The notes under the pieces were generated by a model. That model saw only the letters and a program-made list of their open reading frames with translations, was not told the DNA's origin and ran no database searches. Shown here piece by piece: positions 35,179 to 43,390 of a stretch of 54,920 nt of DNA; position 1 is the stretch's first letter, and each line of letters begins with the position of its first letter. The stretch comes from Actinomycetota bacterium (GTDB lineage Bacteria > Actinomycetota > Acidimicrobiia > Acidimicrobiales > JACDEA01). The stretch covers positions 1-54,920 of the forward strand of contig JACDEA010000001.1 in NCBI GenBank assembly GCA_013816725.1, in the 5' to 3' direction. A program made the translations under genes and the position numbers.

Positions 35179-35735
35179 TGACCAACGATGGAGGGGCACC
35201 TGACGTGAACCCCACGCCCGAGGACCAGCTAGGAGAGCTGATCTCAGAGATTGGGCTCGGTCTCTTTCCCGGCGATGTGCAGGACGAGGTGGAAGCGATC
35301 CTCGCCGCTGGTCAGTCGCTCGAGCCAGCAACGCGCGCTCGATTCGTCGACGCCGCCAAGCGGGGAACCCGCCAGATCGCTTTCTCACTCTCGACACTCG
35401 AGGTCCTGCTATTCAACAGCCGACGCGAGCAGAACCAGGCTCCCGAAGAGCTTGGGACCATCGTGCACATCGAGCCGGAAGTCATCCGCGCCATCGAACG
35501 AGGCGAGCGCACGATCGACAGCGAGGACGCAGAGAAGATCGCTGCGTGGGCCGACAGGCTCGGGCTTCAGACGAAAGTCGTCGGCCCCGCACTTCGTCGG
35601 AGCCTCGGCACGCCGGTGAGCGCTGCGTCCTACGCCGGTGAGCGCGAACTCCGCCTGACGCCGGAACAGGACGACTTTGTTCAGCGAGTCGTGCGCGCTC
35701 TAGATGAAAGGAACGACACGGCAACAGCTGAATAG
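35178..35735 (+). CDS. XRE-like HTH protein (possible anti-sigma/regulator)
   Basis: ATG overlaps the sigma TAA by 1 nt. 'LLFNSRREQNQAPEELGTIVHIEPEVIRAIERGERTID' is an XRE-type HTH. Confidence 0.65.
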   Translation: MTNDGGAPDVNPTPEDQLGELISEIGLGLFPGDVQDEVEAILAAGQSLEPATRARFVDAAKRGTRQIAFSLSTLEVLLFNSRREQNQAPEELGTIVHIEPEVIRAIERGERTIDSEDAEKIAAWADRLGLQTKVVGPALRRSLGTPVSAASYAGERELRLTPEQDDFVQRVVRALDERNDTATAE

Positions 35736-35947
35736 GCGGCAAGCGCAGGGCGGCGACGATCTGGGCTGGCGGCCTCGTAGGGAAAGGCCACCCCAACTTT
35801 CGCCGTGAGGACGACGCAGGAGTTGCCCATCAAACTGCCCGTCTCGTCAACGAAACTCGCTGCTTTCGACAGAACCCATTGAGTTAACCCGTGCGCGCAA
35901 CGTGCTTCTTTGCGCTGGATGCGCTCAACGGCACACCCCCGAACTGG

Positions 35948-35991
35948 TTCCTAAACCGTGTGCCCAGGTTCGAATCCTGGCGGGGGCGCAA
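35948..35991 (+). repeat. tRNA-Arg 3' half copy 2 (att-type direct repeat)
   Basis: 'ttcctaaaccgtgtgcCCAGGttcgaatCCTGGcgggggcgcaa' versus the tRNA 'ttcctaaaccgtgtgcGGAGGttcgaatCCTCCcgggggcgcaa'. Confidence 0.85.
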
Positions 35992-36146
35992 GCGAAAACA
36001 CAGGGTGACCATTGCCAAGACCAGGGTTTATGTCACGACTCGATTGGCTGCAGTGACCGCCGATGGCCCGCGATTCACCGTCGTAATTGGGAAGAGCGTG
36101 GGAAGGATTTCGTGACCTTGGGTGATTATCTCGGGTCGAGCTGCGT

Positions 36147-36788
36147 TTACGCACGGCGCGCTCGACCCAGCATCTGGGGCGACGCCAGCTTGTCGAGCAT
36201 CGATGTCGAGAACAAGAACCGGTCGATCTCCTCGATTTCGAAGCCGGCCGCTTCGATACCCGCCGCAGTGTCGCGATCGATGTGACAGCCCCCGGCGAAC
36301 CGGGTCCAGATCGGATCAACCCGGTGTTGGCGTCGAGCGAAGCGGGACGTCTGGGCGAGGACGTGTTCGTAGAAACGGAGTTCGCCGCCAGGGCGGATCA
36401 CGCGGTGCAGTTCGGCAAGCGCGGCTCGCTGGTCATCGACCGAGCACAGCACGAGCGAGGCGACGCCAACATCGAAGGATTCGGTCTCGGCCGGCAACTG
36501 GTCGGCGAGGCCGTCGATGACGTGTACCGGAACCGGAGCGGCGGCCGCGGCCTGCTCGGCCCCTTGACGCAGGATCGACTCCGGCTCGACCGCGAGCACC
36601 TCGGTGACGGCGGCCGGATAGAACGGGAAGTTCAGCCCGTGGCCGGCACCGACCTCGATGACACGCCCCGACACGCCTCCGAGCATCCGTCGTCGATAGG
36701 CGTCCTCGCCCTTGGCCATCGCCGCGGCGGCGAACCGCTTGTAGAAGCGGGCGAACAGCGGATGGTGAACCTTGCCTTTGGCGCTCAT
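36147..36788 (-). CDS. Class I SAM-dependent methyltransferase
   Basis: From ATG 36788: 'GRVIEVGAGHGLNFPFY' motif I. 'SFDVGVASLVLCSV'. 'LHRVIRPGGELRFYEH'. Confidence 0.85.
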   Translation of the reverse strand: MSAKGKVHHPLFARFYKRFAAAAMAKGEDAYRRRMLGGVSGRVIEVGAGHGLNFPFYPAAVTEVLAVEPESILRQGAEQAAAAAPVPVHVIDGLADQLPAETESFDVGVASLVLCSVDDQRAALAELHRVIRPGGELRFYEHVLAQTSRFARRQHRVDPIWTRFAGGCHIDRDTAAGIEAAGFEIEEIDRFLFSTSMLDKLASPQMLGRARRA

Positions 36789-36798
36789 GGGTTTCCAA

Positions 36799-37806
36799 TC
36801 ATGGTCCCACCAGATCAGTGACCGCCTTTTGGAGTTCGTCGTCGGTCGCGACGTTGTCGAAGCGAGCCTTGATGACGCCGTCGGTGCCGACCGTGAAGGC
36901 CCAGGGCTCGCGGGCGTCGCCGGTACCCGTCGGGTAGATCCACTGCCCAGCGGCGGCGTTGATGGCGCCGGCGTCGAAGCTCTTCCACACTTCGAGGTGC
37001 ACGAAGGCCATCCGCGTGCCATACCGCTTGGCGAGGGCTTCGACGCTGTCGGTGATGGGGCCGCAGAACCGGCTGACGCAGTAGGTCGGCGTCGACACGA
37101 CGACCATCAGCGGCCGATGCGCGGCGATCGCTGCCGCGATCGATGTCGTGTGCAGCTCGGCGTCGGGGATCGGCGTGGTGGCATCGGCCCGCGAGTCGAT
37201 GGAGCGGGGATCGACCCCTGCCGCGCCAGCGACCGCGTTCTCGGTCTTCGGCGCCGCGTCGCCCGGTGCCGGGATCACGTTGTGCTCCACGACCTCGAAG
37301 TCGCCGTCGGCGTTGTAAGTGCGTCCGGCGATGGCCGCCGTGACCCGCACCCGCCAGAACCCGGCCCGGTCGAAGGTCACCGGTTCGGCGCCGTAGACGC
37401 CGGTGCCCTGTGAGCCCTCGACGAAGTTCGGCCCCGGCGTGTTGGGGTCGACGTGCTGGCCGGGGATCGGCAAGAACCGGCCGACCGCTTGGAAGCTGGA
37501 CGACGCCTTGGTTACCGGCGCGTCCTTGGTGCCCATGTAGGCGAAGGCCATCTCGACGGTGCCGAAGCTGACGAGCCGTTGCCGGTCGGCGCGCAGCACA
37601 CCCACGATAAAGCGCTGGGGTCGTCCGGCGATCAACTCGTAGCTGGCGACACTGGCGGCGATCTGATCGGCGGTGCCGCGACGCGAAGTGGTCGTCGCCG
37701 ACGGGGTCGATTTCCCGGACCCGCAGGCGGCCGCCAGGACGGCGAGGGCGGCAACGCCGGCGATGAGTCGAACTCGTCGCGGTGGCGGAGAGTTGACTTG
37801 GTTCAT
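36799..37806 (-). CDS. Secreted lipoprotein with C-terminal thioredoxin-like region
   Basis: 'MNQVNSPPPRRVRLIAGVAALAVLAAACGSG' lipobox. C-terminal 'LMVVVSTPTYCVSRFCGP' is thioredoxin-fold-like; that part is inference. Confidence 0.6.
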   Translation of the reverse strand: MNQVNSPPPRRVRLIAGVAALAVLAAACGSGKSTPSATTTSRRGTADQIAASVASYELIAGRPQRFIVGVLRADRQRLVSFGTVEMAFAYMGTKDAPVTKASSSFQAVGRFLPIPGQHVDPNTPGPNFVEGSQGTGVYGAEPVTFDRAGFWRVRVTAAIAGRTYNADGDFEVVEHNVIPAPGDAAPKTENAVAGAAGVDPRSIDSRADATTPIPDAELHTTSIAAAIAAHRPLMVVVSTPTYCVSRFCGPITDSVEALAKRYGTRMAFVHLEVWKSFDAGAINAAAGQWIYPTGTGDAREPWAFTVGTDGVIKARFDNVATDDELQKAVTDLVGP

Positions 37807-37813
37807 GCGGGCC

Positions 37814-38218
37814 TCAGTTCGGACACGTCGGTGGGTGGACATGGGCGGTGACCGTCATCGCCTTGGCCATGGCAACGCCCAGGCGGACGAGGTCGGCGCG
37901 CAACGTCGTATTCGGTTTCGCTGCCAGGAACTCGGCTTCCACGCGCTGCTTGGCTTCGAGCAGCCGGGCGGCGATGCCCCGCTCGACCGGCTCGGTCGCC
38001 GCGGCCAGTTCGTGGATGCGTTGATGGGACACGTTGAAGAAGATCGTCCGCGCCCGCCCCGCGTTGTCCGCCTTAGCGGCGCTAATCGCGTTGCAGATCC
38101 CCGCGTAGGCGGCACCGTACGGTCCGGAGTTGGCCGGGTCAGCCCGCGCGTGACCACACGCGGCAAGTGCAGCTACGGCTATCACGGTCGACGCGATACG
38201 CCGACGTGATCGCCTCAC
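37814..38218 (-). CDS. Small putative lipoprotein
   Basis: GTGA overlap with the upstream stop. 'VRRSRRRIASTVIAVAALAACGHA' signal/lipobox. Confidence 0.45.
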   Translation of the reverse strand: MRRSRRRIASTVIAVAALAACGHARADPANSGPYGAAYAGICNAISAAKADNAGRARTIFFNVSHQRIHELAAATEPVERGIAARLLEAKQRVEAEFLAAKPNTTLRADLVRLGVAMAKAMTVTAHVHPPTCPN

Positions 38219-39189
38219 GGGCGCTGCCAATGCTGCCCGGCGTCGCGACTGACCCAAACAGTCGCATGCGTCCCGCTCAAGCGCGCCGCGAACAGCAGGT
38301 TGGCATCGGTGGGGCTGGCTTCGACCACCGACGCCCCGGTCGGCACCGAAAGCGCGTTGAAGTGCGCGCCACCGTCGGTGCTGAGCCGCGCCTTGCCCGG
38401 TCCCGACACGATCAACTTGGCCGGATCGCTGGCAACCCAGCTCACCCACATCGCACCGGGAAGATCACCGAGTCGGTGCCAGCTCCGCCCGCCGTCGCGA
38501 CTCTCCACCGCCCCGGCCGACATATCCGGCGCCACCACGTGATTGTCGTCGGCGGGATCGACGAGGATCTGGCCCATGAAGCTGCGGCCGGCTTCGCTGC
38601 TGCGGACGTCCCAGGTCGCGCCGTTGTCGGTCGAGGCCATGACACCGATGCGTGGCGAGCCGGCGTAGACGACTCCCTTGCCCGCGCCGAGCGAGTGGAT
38701 GTCGGTCGCCAACAGGTGCGCGTTCGAGCCGTTGAAGTTCAGCCCGTCGCTGGACCGGTGCACACCTGGATGACCCCCCTGCCAGATCGTCCCGCCAACG
38801 AAGGCCCAACCCATCGCATCGGCATTGTCCAACGAGTGGACCGGTCGCCACGTGTGGGCGCTGTCGGTGGAGATAGCGACGCCCTGGTGGCCGCCGACAT
38901 ACAGGCGGCCCGGCGTCGCCGGGTCGGCCACCAGCGAGTGCAAGTCACCCCCGACGAAGGGCGCAGTCGGCCCTGAGCGGGCGTTGCTCGTCCCCCGCTG
39001 GCTCACCTTTGCGACGAGCAGCCCGACCGCAACGAGCACGACGCCGAGCACGAGCAAGCCGGCAAGCCTCGAGTTCTTCGACTTCGTCGGCGCGGGCCGC
39101 CTCGTTGCGCGCGTCTGCGTCCGAGGGCCGGGCGAGCGGCCCGCCGGTTTGCGGACGGGCTTACGCCGTCGCTGCGTCTGCTTAGCCAC
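38215..39189 (-). CDS. BNR/Asp-box repeat beta-propeller protein, N-terminal membrane anchor
   Basis: Five Asp-boxes: 'STDSAHTW', 'STDNGATW', 'SRDGGRSW', 'STDGGAHF', 'SRDAGQHW'. TM helix 'LAGLLVLGVVLVAVGLLV'. Confidence 0.75.
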   Translation of the reverse strand: MAKQTQRRRKPVRKPAGRSPGPRTQTRATRRPAPTKSKNSRLAGLLVLGVVLVAVGLLVAKVSQRGTSNARSGPTAPFVGGDLHSLVADPATPGRLYVGGHQGVAISTDSAHTWRPVHSLDNADAMGWAFVGGTIWQGGHPGVHRSSDGLNFNGSNAHLLATDIHSLGAGKGVVYAGSPRIGVMASTDNGATWDVRSSEAGRSFMGQILVDPADDNHVVAPDMSAGAVESRDGGRSWHRLGDLPGAMWVSWVASDPAKLIVSGPGKARLSTDGGAHFNALSVPTGASVVEASPTDANLLFAARLSGTHATVWVSRDAGQHWQRP

Positions 39190-39418
39190 GGTCAGCCTCC
39201 AGCGGTGTCGCCGCGGCACCCTCGGCGCGCTGGGCACGCAGCCGCTCAACCTCGGCGCGCAGCTCGCGCACCTCGGCGTGCAGCTCCGAACTCTTCTCCG
39301 GCGGTGCTTCGGTCGGGTCGGCGGATCGACGGCGCATGCCGCCGCCCATCATCAGCATGCAGATCAGCACCATGGCTCCACAACCGAGCAGCGGCAGGAA
39401 GCTCACCAGGGTTCGCAT
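39182..39418 (-). CDS. Small Cys/Met-rich membrane protein (DUF2933-like)
   Basis: 'MRTLVSFLPLLGCGAMVLICMLMMGGGM' plus a coiled tail. The family call is by resemblance only. Confidence 0.45.
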   Translation of the reverse strand: MRTLVSFLPLLGCGAMVLICMLMMGGGMRRRSADPTEAPPEKSSELHAEVRELRAEVERLRAQRAEGAAATPLEADRG

Positions 39419-39437
39419 TAATCGATGTCCTTTCGTT

Positions 39438-40028
39438 TCATGAGTGAGATGTCTGAGCCTTTGCATCAGACAAGAGTTGTTCGAGACGGTCGCCGGTGAC
39501 GCCGCCGAGCAGCTTGGAAACCACGAAGCCGTCGGGCGAGATAAGGAACGACTCGGGAACGCCGGAGACGCCGAAGTCAACGGCGATCGCGCCGTCCCGG
39601 TCCAGGACCATCGGCCAGTCCCCGCCGTGGTCGCGGCGGAACTCGCGTACCGCGTCGCTGCTGTCGTCGAAGATCACCGCCACGACCGCCGCGTCACCCA
39701 CCGCGGCGTGCCTCGTCGCGAAGCGGATCAGCTCGGGGTGCTCCTTGCGGCATGGGATGCACCACGTCGCGAAGAAGTTCACCAGCACCCACCGCCCCTC
39801 GTAGTTACCGAGGCGTATGTGTTGACCGTCGATGGTGGTGCCGGCCAACTCGGGGGCCGGCTTACCGAGGAGCGGCGAGTGCGCCTTGACGGTCTCCGCC
39901 GCAGGACGGGTCGCCAACACGAGGATGAACGCGGCGAGCAGACCTCCAACCGCGAGCGCGGTCCACATCGCTCGCCGCCGTGGGCGACCAGGCTGCACGT
40001 CCGTCACTTGCACCGCATCGTCGGTCAT
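39438..40028 (-). CDS. TlpA/ResA-like membrane-anchored thiol:disulfide oxidoreductase
   Basis: 'WVLVNFFATWCIPCRKEHPEL' CxxC thioredoxin motif. TM anchor. ATGA overlap with ccdA. Confidence 0.85.
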   Translation of the reverse strand: MTDDAVQVTDVQPGRPRRRAMWTALAVGGLLAAFILVLATRPAAETVKAHSPLLGKPAPELAGTTIDGQHIRLGNYEGRWVLVNFFATWCIPCRKEHPELIRFATRHAAVGDAAVVAVIFDDSSDAVREFRRDHGGDWPMVLDRDGAIAVDFGVSGVPESFLISPDGFVVSKLLGGVTGDRLEQLLSDAKAQTSHS

Positions 40029-40753
40029 ACCGGCGGCCAGCCAAGCTTGGCGAACTCGCGCTGGAGCGGAAGGAACAGTTCCTTCCACACGCCCCTCACG
40101 AACAGCACCCCGACCGCGATCATGAGCACGCCCCCGATGGCTTCGACATGGCGGCCGTGTCGCCGCAGAAAGTCGAGCGAGCCCCGGGCCCGGGAGAAAC
40201 CGAGTGCCAGCGCTACGAACGGCAGGCCGAGGCCGGCCGAGTAGAAAAGCAACAGGATCGCGCCCCACCACGCCGTGCCGCTCGCCGCTGCCGTGGCCAG
40301 GATCGTCGCAAGGATCGGCCCGATGCACGGCGTCCACCCGGCGGCGAAGGCCATCCCCAACGGCAGCGCCCACGCCGGCCCGCGTGGGACGCGGGCCAGA
40401 TCGAGGCGGCGCTCGCCCATCAGCCATCGGAACCGCAGCGCCCCGAGGGTGACCAGGCCGAGGACGATGATGCCGACGCCGGCGACCCGGATGATCGTCG
40501 GCAGATGCCGAGCCACCAGCGAGCCGAGCAGCCCCGACGCCACTCCCAACGCGGTGAAGACCAGTCCGAAGCCAGCTACGAAGAGCAACGAGGCGCGAAA
40601 CACCACGCTGCGGGCCTGACGCTCTCCGAGCTCGGCGACCGGCAGGGCCGACACGTAGGACAGATAGCCGGGAATGAGAGGCAGGCAGCACGGCGAACTG
40701 AACGAGATCAGCCCAGCCACGAACGCGCCCAGGGGCAGCAGGACTATCGGCAT
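40025..40753 (-). CDS. ccdA: Cytochrome c biogenesis / thiol-disulfide electron transporter CcdA (DsbD family)
   Basis: 'FSSPCCLPLIPGYLSYV' and 'AAGWTPCIGPILA' are the paired conserved Cys motifs. Confidence 0.9.
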   Translation of the reverse strand: MPIVLLPLGAFVAGLISFSSPCCLPLIPGYLSYVSALPVAELGERQARSVVFRASLLFVAGFGLVFTALGVASGLLGSLVARHLPTIIRVAGVGIIVLGLVTLGALRFRWLMGERRLDLARVPRGPAWALPLGMAFAAGWTPCIGPILATILATAAASGTAWWGAILLLFYSAGLGLPFVALALGFSRARGSLDFLRRHGRHVEAIGGVLMIAVGVLFVRGVWKELFLPLQREFAKLGWPPV

Positions 40754-40867
40754 CGATACACGCCGCGACGTACGGCAAGACGCACCACGACCACCTTTCG
40801 AATGGGACGGCGACGGAAGCCCGCGCTCGGACGACGCGGAACCGGTTCCGAGGCGCGCGCGAGCGCG

Positions 40868-41140
40868 CTATCCCAGGCGGGGTGGTCTGTAGAGCGAATC
40901 GGCGACGAGCAACTGCAACATCCGGACGCGTCGTGGCCGAAACACGACGACGAGCATCGCGATGAACATTGCGGTGCTGACAAGGATGCCGGCGCAGCCG
41001 GTCGCTCCCATGATCGCCGGACCGCAGTCATGACAGTTGCCCATGCCGGCCATCCCTACGAACAGCGGGATGCCGGTGAGCACGATCGTGGCCACGAGCA
41101 AGATGATGAGTGCCTTCTTCACGCCGGTCTTCACGCTAGT
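40868..41140 (-). CDS. Small membrane protein with CHDC motif
   Basis: C-terminal part of the 192-aa track ORF: 'VKKALIILLVATIVLTGIPLFVGMAGMGNCHDCGPAIMGATGCAGILV...'. Start is uncertain. Confidence 0.35.
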   Translation of the reverse strand, partial: TSVKTGVKKALIILLVATIVLTGIPLFVGMAGMGNCHDCGPAIMGATGCAGILVSTAMFIAMLVVVFRPRRVRMLQLLVADSLYRPPRLG

Positions 41141-41191
41141 TGTTAGGCCTGCCGGGCAGGTCCGCCCCTGCGCGCGACCTGAAGTCCGCGC

Positions 41192-41985
41192 GTGGGCGAA
41201 CCCCAGGGCTTGGTCGCGAGTGGCTACGACTCGTTCTACGCGAGCTGGGGTGACAGCCCAACCTTGCGGGCGATCTGGCCCGAGCACGTAACCGGATCCG
41301 ACTTTCCCGAACGTTTTGCGCACATCAGCTTCCTCCGCCTGGCCGAGCTGGCGTCCCTGCGCGACGCCTTGGACCTCGCTGCTGGTTCGGTCTTCGCCAA
41401 CCTGGCGTGCGACGCAGGAGGGACCGGCCTGTGGGTGGCTCAGCAAGCCGGCGCAGACCTGATCGAGATCGACTTGTCGGCTACGGCCGTTCAGCGCGCC
41501 GGCGAACGCGTCGCCGCACTCGGATTGACGGGCAGGGCCACGTTTCGCCAGGGAACCTTTGAGGCGACTGGCTTCGAGGACGGCGCTATCGACGCGGCGA
41601 TGTCGGTCGACGCGATCCAGTACGCGCAGACAAGCTGGCTGCGTTCGGCGAGGCTGCTCGCGTGATCAGGCCCGGCGGCCGGCTCGCCTTCGTCGCGTTC
41701 GAACTCGACGCCGGCCGTATTGCCGGGCTGTCGGTTTGGGACGATCCGGTGGGCGATTATCGGCCGCTCCTCGAACGCGCCGGTTTCGAGGTCTTGAGCT
41801 ATGACCAACTACCGGGCTGGCGGGAGCAGGTGACGGCGGGATTCGGCGCGGTCCTCGCCGCGCAGGAGACGCTCGAAGCGGAGCTCGGCGAGGCTGCGGC
41901 GCGGGCTGTCGTACTCGAAGCTTCGATCACCATCGAGCTACAGCCTTACTGCGGGCATGTCCTTGTCGTAGCCAGCCGAGCCTGA
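41192..41985 (+). CDS. Class I SAM-dependent methyltransferase, apparent 1-nt frameshift near 41627-41632
   Basis: ORF 41192..41665 has 'ACDAGGTGLWVAQQAGADLIEIDLS' and 'IDAAMSVDAIQYAQ'. The expected continuation 'KLAAFGEAARVIRPGGRLAFVAFE' is in the frame of ORF 41662..41985. Confidence 0.65.
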
Positions 41986-42052
41986 CCAAGGTTCTCGACA
42001 ACGGAGTAATCCTCCACTGATCTTGATCCCGCGTCGACGTCCGAAGCAATAT

Positions 42053-42454
42053 ATGAACATGCGATCAGACGTTAAGGCATCCGCAGGCACGAGCTCGCTC
42101 GACGAGTGCGAAGTACGACTTGTCGATCCCGCCCGCGTGGATACGGTCAAGGCGTCGTTGCCCGCTGCTGAGGTCGTCGACGAGTTGGCCGACGGCGTGT
42201 TCGGACTGCTGGCAGACGCCAACCGGCTGCGCCTCCTCATGAGCCTGCTGGAAGGTGGCGAGCTGTGTGTTTGCGACCTGGCCGCGTCCGCCGGGATGGG
42301 GGAGTCAGCGACATCCCACGCGCTGCGCTTGCTGCGCGCTCACCGCGTTGTAAAGGTGCGCCGCGCCGGGCGCATGGCTTACTACTCCCTCTGCGACGGC
42401 CACGTTCGCCTGCTGCTCGATGTGGCGCTCGAACATGTGCGCCACGCGTCGTGA
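42053..42454 (+). CDS. ArsR/SmtB family metalloregulator
   Basis: 'LLADANRLRLLMSLLEGGELCVCDLAASAGMGESATSHALRLLRAHRVV'. Confidence 0.85.
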   Translation: MNMRSDVKASAGTSSLDECEVRLVDPARVDTVKASLPAAEVVDELADGVFGLLADANRLRLLMSLLEGGELCVCDLAASAGMGESATSHALRLLRAHRVVKVRRAGRMAYYSLCDGHVRLLLDVALEHVRHAS

Positions 42455-42472
42455 GTCGGCCGACGCAGCGTC

Positions 42473-43390
42473 GTGAGTCACCCCGGCCATAGTCACGGCG
42501 TCGAGGAGGGCGGCGCCGATCGGCGCTATCTGTTCATCGCGCTCGGTCTCATTGTCGGTTTCATGGTCTTCGAGGTGGCGGTCGCCTTCATCTCGGGCTC
42601 GCTCGCGTTGCTGGCCGACGCCGGTCACATGCTCACCGACGCCGGGGCCATCGGGGCGTCGATCTGGGCCACGTATCTGGCCGTGCGTCCGGCCAGCCTC
42701 CGCTGGACCTACGGGCTCAAGCGGGCTGAGATCCTCGCCGCCGCCATCAACGGCGTGACCCTGCTGGTCGTCGCGCTGCTGGTTCTGTTCGAAGCTATTC
42801 CGCGGCTCATCCACCCGCCGCCGGTCGAGGGCCTCGCGCTTCTGATCGTGGCCGGCGTCGGCGTCGCAGTGAACGTGGCCGCCACGTGGGTGCTCGCCCG
42901 GGCGAACCGCCAGTCGCTCAACGTCGAGGGCGCGTTCCAGCACATTGTCACCGATCTCTACGCCTTTATCGGCACGACAATCGCCGGCGTAGTCATCCTG
43001 GTCACCGGCTACCGCCGGGCCGACGCCATCGCCAGCATCGCGGTCGTGTTGCTAATGCTGCGCGCCGCGTGGAGTCTTCTCTCCGCCTCCGGGCGCGTGC
43101 TGCTCGAAGGCACGCCCGAAGCCGTCGACCTTGAGGAGGTCCGCCAGCACTTGCTCGAACTGCCTGAGGTCTTGTCGGTACACGATCTTCATGCGTGGAC
43201 GCTGACGTCGAACTTGCCCGCGTTGACCGCCCACGTCGTGATCGACGACGGCTGCATCTCGCGCGGTGACGCGGCACGCGTGCTCGACCACCTCCAGGAC
43301 TGCCTCGCCGGCCACTTCGACGTCGAGCACTCCACCCTGCAGCTGGAGCCCAGTACCCATGCGAGTCACGAGGGTGACATGCATGACTAA
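42473..43390 (+). CDS. Cation diffusion facilitator (CzcD/ZitB-like) metal efflux protein
   Basis: 'SLALLADAGHMLTDAGA', 'EGAFQHIVTDLYAF', and the cytoplasmic domain 'VHDLHAWTLTS'. Confidence 0.9.
   Translation: MSHPGHSHGVEEGGADRRYLFIALGLIVGFMVFEVAVAFISGSLALLADAGHMLTDAGAIGASIWATYLAVRPASLRWTYGLKRAEILAAAINGVTLLVVALLVLFEAIPRLIHPPPVEGLALLIVAGVGVAVNVAATWVLARANRQSLNVEGAFQHIVTDLYAFIGTTIAGVVILVTGYRRADAIASIAVVLLMLRAAWSLLSASGRVLLEGTPEAVDLEEVRQHLLELPEVLSVHDLHAWTLTSNLPALTAHVVIDDGCISRGDAARVLDHLQDCLAGHFDVEHSTLQLEPSTHASHEGDMHD

Larger units (their letters stand above)
17076..35991. mobile_element. Island A: tRNA-Arg-integrated integrative mobilizable element (integrase, excisionase, relaxase, defence cargo)
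   Basis: Bounded by the tRNA 3' half (17107-17150) and its direct repeat (35948-35991). Integrase lies next to the tRNA. Contains a MobF relaxase and an excisionase. No phage structural or T4SS genes seen. Confidence 0.8.

Noticed and set aside
17076-35991. Prophage interpretation of island A
   Set aside because: No terminase, portal, capsid, tail or lysis-like ORFs are present. The content is integrase, excisionase, relaxase and defence cargo.
39980-41146. 388-aa plus-strand ORF
   Set aside because: Antisense to ccdA and the ResA-like gene. Highly charged, low-complexity sequence.
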